Origin: a virus
IMG/VR virus record: IMGVR_UViG_3300009176_000002
Coordinates: 6,147-70,146 of that record
Length of the DNA: 64,000 nucleotides
Direction: 5' to 3' (one strand)
Shown: piece after piece, positions 55,037 through 64,000 of the stretch
How positions within the stretch are numbered: position 1 is the stretch's first letter
Layout of the letters: each line of letters begins with the position of its first letter
The notes under the pieces: generated by a model
Databases searched by the model: none
Seen by the model: the letters and a program-made list of their open reading frames with translations, nothing else
Told to the model about the DNA's origin: nothing
Position numbers and translations under genes: made by a program

Positions 55037-56490
55037 CGCCTGCGCTCAGTCTCTAGCTGGAGGCGGTGGAGGGCAAGTCCCCCTGAGTCGAGGTCGATCG
55101 GCAGCGGCGTGGCACACACCTGGGAGATGTCACCGTCGGGAGGCTCGGGCGGGCCGAGGAGGGGGTAGACGAGGACGGGACAGGAATCGCTATAGCCCCA
55201 GATCCGGTCGTTGTACGACGGCCCGGTCGGTCCCCCAGAGAAGCTAATCACCGGGTCCGGCGAGGTCACGGTGGCGTCGTTGACGTCCAGCGTCGCGATC
55301 CGGGCATGACTGAAGGACTGCTGGTGCTGCTCCCAGAACCAGATCCCGGTCAGCGCGTTGTCGAGCGAGAAGCGATGGTACTCCCGCGTCGCATGCTGCA
55401 GGAGCGTCCCAGTCGGGTCATACACGTCCCACCACGTCTCGCTGTCCTCCGTCGCGATCCCGATCGTGCCGTCGGGCAACACGAAGCCCTCCGAGCGATA
55501 GAAGCCACTGTCGGGCAGGAAGTCGGCGAGGGAGCTACTCGTCGTCAGGTTGTACCGATGCACGGTGCTGTAGTTGTCGTAGTCGGTGTAGTACACCGTG
55601 CCCGAGGCTGTGTGGACGCCCAGGAAGATGCTCATGCGCGCGGGTAACGTCCAGGTCTGCTCTTTCACCCCCGTCGCCGCATCGAAGCGATGCAAGTACT
55701 GGAGCCCGCCCCCCGACTGAGCCACGTAGTGCTTATTGACCTGGTCACTACAGAAGCCCTGGAACGACGTCCCCCACGGGCGGAGATCCGTGGTCGATAA
55801 GAGGTCGAACGTCGGCGGCGGGCCGAAGCAGCACGCGCCGTAGGTGGCCCCGCTGGTCGCTTGGCGATTGCAGACCCAGCCGCCCTGTTGAATGACGCTG
55901 AACTCCTCGCCCCACCAGTTTTTGTCGTACGCGAGATAGCCGCTCAGGGCGCCCGACGCCGACCGCAGGATGGCGACCGGGTAGGGATTGAGATCATCGG
56001 GGATCAAGAGATCGCCCGCCACACCGCCCCCCGTCGGCGCATGGGTGACGAGCACCGTCAGGTCGTAGTCAATCGCCCCTGTGTTGCCCTGCTGCACCTG
56101 AAACAGGTAGGTCGTGCCGGGCGCACCCAGAATCAAGAAGGAGTTGGTATAGCCGGGGGGTGCGACGAGGTCGTAGCAATAGTTGTTCGCGCCAAAACGC
56201 TCGTGAAACTGCGTGTACACGCCCGGCGTGGTCTCTTTCCACACGCTGACGTACGGACTGTAGCTGGCAGAGTAGTTGATGCCGGTGACGCCAAACGAGA
56301 TGTACTGGACCCCGGCAGGCAACGTGTAGCGGAACCAGAGCGCGTTCCGCTGCGGGTTGCTCGGCTGGCAGTTCGTCGTGAACCCCGTCCCGTTCGGCGC
56401 GAGCTGCACATCGGCCTTGACGATCGTCACAGGCACCGTCGGTGTCAACACCGTCGCCGTCGCCGGGGAGGTATTAGGTGGAACTGGCAT
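55021..56490 (-). CDS. Putative receptor-binding / beta-propeller virion protein
   Basis: Lower GC, aromatic/Thr-rich beta sequence within the tail module. Confidence 0.55.
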   Translation of the reverse strand: MPVPPNTSPATATVLTPTVPVTIVKADVQLAPNGTGFTTNCQPSNPQRNALWFRYTLPAGVQYISFGVTGINYSASYSPYVSVWKETTPGVYTQFHERFGANNYCYDLVAPPGYTNSFLILGAPGTTYLFQVQQGNTGAIDYDLTVLVTHAPTGGGVAGDLLIPDDLNPYPVAILRSASGALSGYLAYDKNWWGEEFSVIQQGGWVCNRQATSGATYGACCFGPPPTFDLLSTTDLRPWGTSFQGFCSDQVNKHYVAQSGGGLQYLHRFDAATGVKEQTWTLPARMSIFLGVHTASGTVYYTDYDNYSTVHRYNLTTSSSLADFLPDSGFYRSEGFVLPDGTIGIATEDSETWWDVYDPTGTLLQHATREYHRFSLDNALTGIWFWEQHQQSFSHARIATLDVNDATVTSPDPVISFSGGPTGPSYNDRIWGYSDSCPVLVYPLLGPPEPPDGDISQVCATPLPIDLDSGGLALHRLQLETERRRCLTP

Positions 56491-56632
56491 GGGCCTCCCG
56501 CGCCTCTTTGACAGCGAGGTCTTTCACCTTCCGCCAATGCAACCGCGGTTGCTCCTGTTCGATGCGGCGGATGATCGCCACGATGGTATCGCGCAAAGAC
56601 GGCGGCGCGGGGACGGTGGGTGGCGCGGGCAT
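56474..56632 (-). CDS. Small hypothetical protein
   Basis: TAATG coupling to the upstream gene. Confidence 0.45.
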   Translation of the reverse strand: MPAPPTVPAPPSLRDTIVAIIRRIEQEQPRLHWRKVKDLAVKEAREAHASST

Positions 56633-57696
56633 TAGATGATCCGCCGGTAGCCGTACTGCATCGCGTTCCACTTCGCCGCCGTCCAGAGCGATCCGTCGGG
56701 CGCGGTCGGCTCTGGCGCGTGCATGTAGCTGTAGGTCGAGGGCTGGTAGACGGTGACACCCGCGCGCGTGGTCACCCCGTCGTTCGAGAGCTTGGCGAGC
56801 GCGGCGGTGCCCTCGTCGGTCTTGCGCGCCAGGACGAGCGACTGCACCGCGAGCACGTCCTCGCCGGGGAGCAGGTCCTCCATCGCGAAGAGATCCGAGG
56901 CGCCGACGGCGGTGGGCGCAGCGGTGTTGACGGTGGTATCGGTGTCGGGGTCGACGTCGTCGACGTTCTGCCAGTTGGGCACGCCGGGGGTGGGCGCCGC
57001 GCCTGGGCCGGACGTCCAGGCGGCAGAGAGGCCGGGGCCGGACGGGCGCTTGACGCGCACTTCGACCGGGCCGATGAACTTGGTGAAGCCGCCGCCGCCC
57101 GGCAGGCGCGAGTCGTCGATGCCGTCGGCGACGTCGTCCATGACCACCAAGTCGTCGAAGCGGTTATAGCCCGCGGTGTTCCCGAGCTTGAACGACCTGA
57201 CGGTGCCGCTCCAGTAGCTCGGCGTGATCTGCGACACCGTCGCGATGCCCGTGACGTTGAGGACCGTCCCCCCGTTGATGCGGATCTCCACCGAGCCCGC
57301 GGAGACGTGGTGGAGGATCTTGATCCCAACGTGGTACCAGGTCAGCGCCCGCAGGGTGTCGGGGGGTGTCTGTCCCACCATGTCGTTGGGCCAAGCGGCG
57401 GAGGTACTGAAGCGGTTCACCACGATCGAGCCATCATTCAGCGGGCCACAGCGGATCTGCTCGTTCCTGTTGCTGTCGTAGGTCGTCAGCAGCCGATCGC
57501 TGAAGTAGTCGATGTAGAGGTAGAACTCGAAGATCGTCGTCGGGCTGCCGAAGACCACTCCCTTCGTGAACGCGCCGGTCAGCGCATAGCCGTGCAAGCC
57601 CCCCACACGCGACTGCAGGTAAGCCTCCGTCCACTTCAGGTCCGCTTGGGCCGCCGCGTAGTGATCACCCATGCTGTCGATGTAGCGCAAAGCCAT
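56632..57696 (-). CDS. LamG/ConA-like virion protein (paralog of 58210-59244)
   Basis: MALRYIDSMGDHY, WYHVGIK, EIRING, FDDLVVMD. Confidence 0.65.
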   Translation of the reverse strand: MALRYIDSMGDHYAAAQADLKWTEAYLQSRVGGLHGYALTGAFTKGVVFGSPTTIFEFYLYIDYFSDRLLTTYDSNRNEQIRCGPLNDGSIVVNRFSTSAAWPNDMVGQTPPDTLRALTWYHVGIKILHHVSAGSVEIRINGGTVLNVTGIATVSQITPSYWSGTVRSFKLGNTAGYNRFDDLVVMDDVADGIDDSRLPGGGGFTKFIGPVEVRVKRPSGPGLSAAWTSGPGAAPTPGVPNWQNVDDVDPDTDTTVNTAAPTAVGASDLFAMEDLLPGEDVLAVQSLVLARKTDEGTAALAKLSNDGVTTRAGVTVYQPSTYSYMHAPEPTAPDGSLWTAAKWNAMQYGYRRII

Positions 57697-57708
57697 ATGC
57701 TTCTCCTG

Positions 57709-58206
57709 TTACTCCGGGTCAATCGGCAGCGTCTCGCTGGACGCCAGGCACTCGTCGGGCGCGCCGATCACGAGCAGCTCGCAGCAGAGCGCTTCGACGC
57801 GCGCCTCGTTCGGGTTGGCGTCGAGGTGCTCGGTCAGGACCTGAGTGGCGGCGATGGGCGAGCGCAGCAGCGGGTTGAGCGTCTCGACGATGAGCTGCGT
57901 GACGGTGAGCGCGTTGGGCTGCAGGTCGAGGAGTTCGGCGGCGAGCTGCGTCACCGCGAGCGGCGGGACGGGCACGGTCAGGTCCGCGGTCGCCGAGAGC
58001 GTGAGCCCCGCCACACCCACGAACGAGGCGCCGGGGAGGGCGAAGGAGACGGCGGTCGAGAGACTGATCGACGCAGTCGCTGCGAGCGCCGCGGGGATCG
58101 GTGGGCCGAGCAGGACTTCGACCGGCAGCTGCGACAGGCGCGCAGGGACCGGCACGTCCGAGAGGACGAGCACCTCGACCGGCAGCTGCGACAGGCGATT
58201 CGACAT
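57709..58206 (-). CDS. Repeat-containing virion protein
   Basis: (R/V)(L/V)(S/T)QL.VE.L repeats. Confidence 0.6.
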   Translation of the reverse strand: MSNRLSQLPVEVLVLSDVPVPARLSQLPVEVLLGPPIPAALAATASISLSTAVSFALPGASFVGVAGLTLSATADLTVPVPPLAVTQLAAELLDLQPNALTVTQLIVETLNPLLRSPIAATQVLTEHLDANPNEARVEALCCELLVIGAPDECLASSETLPIDPE

Positions 58207-58209
58207 CGC

Positions 58210-59244
58210 TTAGGCGGTAACCTTCATCCCCGCCTGGAGCGCCGCGATGTCCGCCGCCGTCCAGTCGACGCCGGTGTTCGGGTTCTGCGCGCGCACTTCC
58301 GAGAAGTAGCCGAAGGTCGTCGAGGGCGAGACGTTGGCGCCGTCGTAATCGGTGCCGCCCGCGCGCACTACCGCGCAGACCTGACGCACGACGGCGTCGG
58401 ACTTCGAGACGTAGAGGTTCGTCTGGATGCCGAGGATCGGGCCACTCAGCGCGAGCGGCGGGTAGTTGTAGGTGTCCTTGAGCCCGACCGTCGGTGAGGA
58501 GTTGTAGTCGCTCGTGTTCGGCGCGGGCTCGTCGACCAACGCGCCGTGGTCGGTGCCGGTCGAGGGGGTGAGCCCGGCGTTGCTGCCCGCCGCCACTGCG
58601 TCCGTCTGCGGCAGGAGCGTCTCGATCTTCACCGGGCCGAGGAAGGTATTGCGCGGGGCCGCCCCGCTGGTGTCACAGACGTAGAAGTCGTCGAAGTAGG
58701 TTTGCCCATTGGCCCCGTTGCCGAGGTTGATGCGGTCCCAGACCCCGGTGCCGCCGTTGCGCGTGTCGACGCCGGTGACCGTCAGCGCCGCCTCGGGAGC
58801 GCCGTTGATCCGCACCGCGTAGGCGCCCGCCGTGTCGTGAATCGTGGCGGAGAGTTCGAGGTAGTTCCAGCCGTTCAAGACGAGCGGGGTGGTGCCAGTC
58901 GCCAGGACGGTGCTGCCACGCTTGACGGTGAGGAGGCCACCCGCGGTCACGCCGAGGGCCACATGCACGATCGCCCCTTCGAGCACCTGCAGGAGATCGC
59001 CCACCGCAAAGGCCAGCGGGTTGTACCACGCCACGCCGACGATGGCCCCGCCGCTGGTGACGAAGGGTTTCGTGATGATCGAGGTCGTGATGAGCGTCGC
59101 GGCGCGATAGGAGAAGCCGCCCGTGCGCGCGAAGGTACTCTGCACGCTGCCGTCGGAGGTCGCCGTCGATCCCCACTTACCGAGGGGGAGCGGATCGCCG
59201 CTTACCCCGTAGTGGTCGAAGCCGTCGAAGAAGAGCAGGGCCAT
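58210..59244 (-). CDS. LamG/ConA-like virion protein
   Basis: MALLFFDGFDHY, WNYLEL, VRING, YFDDFYVCD, FLGPVKIETL. Confidence 0.65.
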   Translation of the reverse strand: MALLFFDGFDHYGVSGDPLPLGKWGSTATSDGSVQSTFARTGGFSYRAATLITTSIITKPFVTSGGAIVGVAWYNPLAFAVGDLLQVLEGAIVHVALGVTAGGLLTVKRGSTVLATGTTPLVLNGWNYLELSATIHDTAGAYAVRINGAPEAALTVTGVDTRNGGTGVWDRINLGNGANGQTYFDDFYVCDTSGAAPRNTFLGPVKIETLLPQTDAVAAGSNAGLTPSTGTDHGALVDEPAPNTSDYNSSPTVGLKDTYNYPPLALSGPILGIQTNLYVSKSDAVVRQVCAVVRAGGTDYDGANVSPSTTFGYFSEVRAQNPNTGVDWTAADIAALQAGMKVTA

Positions 59245-59249
59245 GCGCG

Positions 59250-60179
59250 CTACCTCCGGGATGAGCGGGAACGGGAACTGGGGGCGATCGGGACGTCCGC
59301 GTCGAACGGGAGCGCAACCCCACACGCCTTGTCGGCGGGCAGGATCGCGGGATGCACGGTCGGCGCGGTAGCAGAAGGCGCGCACACCCGCACCACCGGC
59401 GCTCGCGCGGGCGAGCGCAGCTGCGGCGGCGGGGTCGGCGAGGGTGGTAGGGGGAGTGGACGCGGACGCCTGCGCCTGGGCGTCAGCACCACGGCGATCG
59501 GGAGCGGCTGGGCGCAGACCCGATCGTGCGCGCTGGGCGGGAGGGTGAGCGTCGCGGCGGCGACACCGATGGTGATCGTGGCCGTGGCCGCGAGCGCGGC
59601 GCGGGCGCTGGTGAGTGTGACCGCAGCGGAGAGGCGCAGGGTCGCGGCCGCGGTCAGCTGTGCGCTGGCGGCGGTGAGGGTGGCGCCGGTGACCGAGACG
59701 CGCAGGGTCGAGACGCTGGCGAGCGCGGCGGGGGCCTTGGTGAAGCCCGCGCTGGTGCCGAAGGTGACCGTCGCCGCGGTGGCGAGCTGGGCTGCGGGCT
59801 TGGTGAGATCGGCGCTGGTGCCGAGCGTGATCGTCGCGCTGGCGTCGAACTGGGCCGCGGGTTTCGTCAGGGTGGCGGAGGCGACCGAGACGATGAGCGT
59901 GGCGCTGGCGTCGAGCGCGGCGGCAGGCTTGGTGAGATCGGGCGGCGCGACGCTGATGGAGAGGGTGGCCGAGGCGAACAGGGCGGAGCTGGGCTTGGTC
60001 AGCGCCGCGATCGCCGCCACACTCACGCCGGACGTGACGGTGAGCGCCGCGGCAGCCCCGGTGAGCGTGGCGGCGGAGACCGAGAGGCGGAGCGTCGCTG
60101 TCGCGGCGAGGTCGGCGCCGGTCAGCTGCCCGGGGCCTTGCGCGAAGTAGGGCTGCCCGAAGGCTGCGGCACCGAACAT
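59250..60179 (-). CDS. Ala/Thr-rich repetitive fibre protein
   Basis: About 21-aa repeats LTKPAA.L.ASAT.....A. Confidence 0.6.
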   Translation of the reverse strand: MFGAAAFGQPYFAQGPGQLTGADLAATATLRLSVSAATLTGAAAALTVTSGVSVAAIAALTKPSSALFASATLSISVAPPDLTKPAAALDASATLIVSVASATLTKPAAQFDASATITLGTSADLTKPAAQLATAATVTFGTSAGFTKAPAALASVSTLRVSVTGATLTAASAQLTAAATLRLSAAVTLTSARAALAATATITIGVAAATLTLPPSAHDRVCAQPLPIAVVLTPRRRRPRPLPLPPSPTPPPQLRSPARAPVVRVCAPSATAPTVHPAILPADKACGVALPFDADVPIAPSSRSRSSRR

Positions 60180-60200
60180 GGCCGGAGGGGCTCCGTACGC

Positions 60201-60569
60201 TTAGAGGATGTCCGACGACGGCGGGTCCGGCGTGCCCTGCACCGTGCCGGGGAGCAGGCCGTCCGCCGAGAGCTTCTCCAGGATGCGCTTCTGCATCGAC
60301 TTGGTGGTCAGGTTCGCCGTGTTCAGCTGCTTGATCATGGTGACCGCGACCGCGCCGGTGTACTGGTAGAAGCTGTACTTGCCGGTGTCGTCTTTGAGCT
60401 TGATGCTGACGAGGCCGGGCTCAGGGACGGGGGCAGGCTGGGACGGGGGAGCCGCTGCGGGCGCTGCGAGCGCCTCCAGGTCCATGGTGAACGCGGACAC
60501 CCGATACTTCGTCGTGGGGGGCGGGGCGGCCGGGACGATCGGGTCGGTCAGGATGAGTTCTTCAGCCAT
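60201..60569 (-). CDS. Hypothetical virion protein
   Basis: AAGGAG RBS. Confidence 0.6.
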   Translation of the reverse strand: MAEELILTDPIVPAAPPPTTKYRVSAFTMDLEALAAPAAAPPSQPAPVPEPGLVSIKLKDDTGKYSFYQYTGAVAVTMIKQLNTANLTTKSMQKRILEKLSADGLLPGTVQGTPDPPSSDIL

Positions 60570-60584
60570 CGGGTCTCCTTGCGC

Positions 60585-62210
60585 TCACTGAATGGGGAAG
60601 GTCAGGGTGCCCCGCAGGTAGTAGCGACCGGCGGGCCAGCCCGTCGTATGGCTGGGGTCCCGGTAGAGCAAACAGTAGCCCGCACCGTCGCCCGTCTCGG
60701 CGATCCCCACACCGACGGCGGCACCGGAGAACGCAAAGACACTCCCGCCATAGCCCGCCGCCGCGGCGGGGACGCCAGACCAGGTGAGGCCGATCCAGGC
60801 GGGCGTGGCAGTGAGGTCGATCCAGACGTAGAAGTTGATGTGCAGGGTCTTGCCGACGATGCTGTAGCGGCACTGGTAGTTCGCGACGTTGGTGGCCGTG
60901 CCCACCTCGGCGTTGAACGTCGCGGTGAACTCGGTCCACCAGCCTGCGTGCTGGGAGCGGCCCTGCTCGTAGATGCCCAAGGCCACGTAGACGTCGGTCC
61001 CGGCGTAGAGCCCGGTCCCTGCGCGGACGTGGTAGGGCGCGGCTTCGACGTGGGTGCACTGGATGCCGCCTGCGGAGGCGGCGACCGCGGCCCCGGCCAG
61101 GTTGAGCTGACTGCCAGACAGGATACCAACGGCGTAGAAGCCCGTGTTCGTGTAGAGGCCCCAGGAGGCGTGGCTCGCCAGATACCAGGAGCCCTGCGCC
61201 CGCGCCGCTCCGGTGACGTCGATGCGACCGGGGTAGACTGGCCCCTCCATGAGGTAGGCGCCCACCCCCTTGAGATCCCCAGCGAGGACGTTGAGATGCC
61301 CGGCGGAGATGTTGACACCCGCGGTGAAGTTCGTCGGGCCGCAGGTCAGGTCCGCCAGGTTGTTGTTGACCCCGACGGAGATGAAGCACAACGCACGCAC
61401 GCCCGCCCAGCCCGAGTTATCGGCGGCGACCACCTCCACTGTCGGTGCCCCAGACCCGGGCACCACCTGCAGGCCCCCGCGCAGGCTGGCATGGGTCGCG
61501 TCCGCCCCGCCAAACTGCAAGCGCGCGGCGTTGAGGATGAGGACATGCCCGGTGAAGGCCGCTTGCGCCGCCTGGTCAATGGTGAGACTCGGGACTAGCA
61601 CCGCAGGGTTGGCCCCCGCAGCGGCGTGGTACAAGCCGAAGGCCCCATCCGAGATCGTGAGGAGCGTCGCTGCCCGGGTGACGTCGTCCCGCATCCAGTT
61701 GGCGCCGTCGTAGTAGAGATTGGTCGTCAGGCAGATGTTGCTGGGGAGCGCCTCCTGCAGGTGCGACTTGGCGGTGTTCCCGGGCGTCTGGAACTGGAGG
61801 TCGCCGCGGGCCATGGCAATCGCTTGCAGCTGCGTGAAGATGTTGGTGATGTTCTCCAGCGCCACGTTGCTGGAGAGCCGCGCGTCCTCGACCGGCCCCT
61901 CGACATCCTACAGCGTCTTGGCGGTGATGGTCGCGGCGAACTGGTCGCCCACGACGATCGCGCGCGCGGTGGTCGCTTCCTGGGCGCGGGTGAGGGTGAG
62001 GACGTCGCCTGCGCGCGCGGTGACGCGTACGATCTCGGCGTTCGAGCTGAGCGCGAGCGTGCCCGCAGGCCAGACCGTGGCGTTGAAGGGGACGGCAGGC
62101 ATCCCCGCGCCCGCGCCCGCCGAGAGGGTCAGCGAGGTGCCGGAGGCTGCGGGCGCGGGCGCGGTGGCGACCGTCGCGTAGGCGAAGTTGACGTGCGCAT
62201 CGAAGGCCAT
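60585..62210 (-). CDS. Tail fibre gene interrupted by one in-frame TAG at 61908-61910
   Basis: ...ITAKTL*DVEGPVEDARLSSNVALENITN... reads in a single frame; C-terminal YSIVGKTLHINF fibre-tip motif. Confidence 0.65.
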
Positions 62211-62312
62211 AGGTTCCGGGTCAACAGCTGCCGACCTGCTTCCCACACTGGGAGCAGACGTACTTTCAGCCGACCTTCTTGAGCGGCGCGCGACAGCACT
62301 TCGAGAGCAGCG

Positions 62313-62753
62313 TCACTGGACGGTGATCTGCAACGCGCCGACGGCGAAGCTGGGCGCGGCGTCGCCGGAGTTGATCGTCTTGGCCGCGGTCAGCGCATCC
62401 CAGACGACAAGGTTGCCACCGGTCGGGGCGTCGAAGATGCCGAAGTGCGTCACCGTGCCCCAGTTCGCAGTGGGCGCGGGGTAGGTAATCGCCACCGCGT
62501 TGGTGGTCAGGCCCGAGCTGCCCGAGGAGTTGCCGGAGGTGCCGCCCTGGGTTGCCGTCCAGTTGGTGTCGCTGGGCGGCAGGTTGACCCGCGCGTAGCT
62601 GCCGCCGACGACCTCGGTGCCGCCACCCGAGTCGGAGGGCGCCGCGGTGAAGAGCGCGATCCAGTTCGCGGTCGGCTTGGGGTAGGTCCGCGAGCGGAAC
62701 TGGTGGTCGACCAGGAAGTTCTCGAAGTAGTCGGACGCTTGTGCGGTGCCCAT
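62313..62753 (-). CDS. Conserved phage structural protein
   Basis: SDYFEN, IALFTAAPSDSGGGTEV.GGSYARV, WGTVTHFGIFDAPTGGNL. Confidence 0.75.
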   Translation of the reverse strand: MGTAQASDYFENFLVDHQFRSRTYPKPTANWIALFTAAPSDSGGGTEVVGGSYARVNLPPSDTNWTATQGGTSGNSSGSSGLTTNAVAITYPAPTANWGTVTHFGIFDAPTGGNLVVWDALTAAKTINSGDAAPSFAVGALQITVQ

Positions 62754-62765
62754 CGGTCAGTCTCC

Positions 62766-64000
62766 CTAGTACGGCACGCCGAGGATGGTCAGGGTGCCAC
62801 TCGCGCCGGTGGCGTAGAGGTGCGAGAGCTTGAGCGGGCCGGTGTCGAAGGGGCCGAGCGTGAAGGGCGCGGCGACGCCGACGAGGGGGAAGGACGGCCC
62901 GAGCCGTGCGGCGTAGTGGTCCGCGATCGTCTGCGCGGGCAGCGCGGTCGGGTAGACGGCGACATCCTGGAGCCCGCCCAGGAACGTATTACCGCTGTTG
63001 AGGTTGTAGCCGAGGGACGAGGCGAAGGCGGCGCTGTCGCCAGGCGGCAAGGGGAACGCCAGCGTCGCCGTGTCGGGTAGGCCGTTGATATACAGCCGCC
63101 CGGTCGTCCCGTCGTGCGTGACCGCGACGTGATACCACGTCCCGAGGACGATCAGGTTATCGGCGGGCGTCTGGAGGCCGTAGGACGTCCCCAGGAACAC
63201 CTGCAGCACGCGACGGCCGGTCGGATTCGGGGGAATAATCCACCACTGGCAGACCCCTAGCCGGGAGAGGATCGTACTGTTGGTGGTCGTACCCGTGATC
63301 TTGATCCACGCCTCGTAGGTGAACTGGGGCAACAAGGTCGGGAGCGGCGGGATGTCAAACCCACGGCCCTGGAGCTGCACCGACGCCGCCCCGCCCACCC
63401 CGGTCTGCTGGTAGAGCGGTGCCATCCCGCCGGCCGTAAACTCCACCCCAGGCCGCGCGCCGGCCAGGTCTCGCACGGGGGCAGCGGCGTCGTCGAGCGG
63501 CCAGTAGGCGATCGCCCCGTCCGCGAGGATGCGCGACTGGTAGGACGTCGCGAGGGTAGACGCGGAGGGAGCTGCCACGGCGCGGCGCATCGTGTAGTGG
63601 TCGGCGATCTGGGTCGGGCTGAGGGCGGTGGGGTAGACCGCGACGTCCTGCAGGCGACCCTTCCACTGGCTGACGGGGTCGTTGACCATGCCGCCGATGG
63701 AGGTGAGTGGGCTCCCGAAGGTGCTGTCGGGCGGGAGCGTTGAAGGCGTGCTGTTCTCCAGCACCCCATCCCGGTAGAGCCTCCCCGTCACGCCATCGTG
63801 GGTGACCACGATGTGGTGCCAGCTACTGAGGGCGAGACCCGGAGGCAGGCCAGCGATCGAGAACTGGGGGCTCCCCCAGATGATGAACCGGAGGGTTGCC
63901 TCCGACCCTGAGGGAAACACATCCAGACTCGTCGGCACCTCCCCGAACGCATCCCGGCCAAAGGCGACGATCTTGGTCGCGGCGGACGGCACCGCCGAGA
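62766..64000 (-). CDS. Tandem LamG-domain protein (5' truncated)
   Basis: WHHIVVTHDG..RLYRDG and WYHVAVTHDG..RLYING; LQDVAVYPTAL x2. Confidence 0.8.
   Translation of the reverse strand, partial: SAVPSAATKIVAFGRDAFGEVPTSLDVFPSGSEATLRFIIWGSPQFSIAGLPPGLALSSWHHIVVTHDGVTGRLYRDGVLENSTPSTLPPDSTFGSPLTSIGGMVNDPVSQWKGRLQDVAVYPTALSPTQIADHYTMRRAVAAPSASTLATSYQSRILADGAIAYWPLDDAAAPVRDLAGARPGVEFTAGGMAPLYQQTGVGGAASVQLQGRGFDIPPLPTLLPQFTYEAWIKITGTTTNSTILSRLGVCQWWIIPPNPTGRRVLQVFLGTSYGLQTPADNLIVLGTWYHVAVTHDGTTGRLYINGLPDTATLAFPLPPGDSAAFASSLGYNLNSGNTFLGGLQDVAVYPTALPAQTIADHYAARLGPSFPLVGVAAPFTLGPFDTGPLKLSHLYATGASGTLTILGVPY

Noticed and set aside
56632-59244. Diversity-generating retroelement among paralogous tail genes
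   Set aside because: No reverse transcriptase and no near-identical TR/VR pair seen in the window
1-64000. Genome-wide TAG recoding
   Set aside because: TAG ends many genes at sensible boundaries (for example 8107, 46869, 53573, 62766) with the next gene out of frame; only one in-frame case was found and no suppressor tRNA

Overview
This window is a 64 kb segment of a GC-rich, temperate, podovirus-like tailed phage, seen in its non-integrated state with an intact attP-like site. Bases 1-10.5 kb (minus strand) hold the packaging and head module: candidate small terminase, GNAT protein, large terminase, portal and a stand-alone ADP-ribosyltransferase-like protein. Bases 10.5-11.1 kb are a non-coding strand switch carrying a XerC/D dif-like site. 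Bases 11-19.7 kb (plus strand) are a compositionally distinct early region: DUF932, many small ORFs and repeated intergenic hairpin elements. Bases 19.7-42 kb cover replication and control: origin-like repeats, RepA-like AAA ATPase, cI/cro pair, exonuclease, Sak4-like ATPase, SSB candidate, cold-shock protein, Pif1-like helicase, excisionase, tyrosine integrase, tRNA-Leu(CAA)-derived attP core, MT-A70 methyltransferase and a UDG-PolA fusion. Bases 42-64 kb (minus strand) encode ejection, tail and fibre proteins. No major capsid gene was recognised, so it probably lies outside the window. The most notable observations are: a dif-like site alongside a dedicated integrase/attP; an operator-like motif found at five separate loci; a conserved structured element between early genes; a CTAG-rich putative leading region; a single in-frame amber codon in a tail-fibre gene; and a PolA with His at the 762-equivalent position. 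All calls come from motif reading by eye; no database searches were run.
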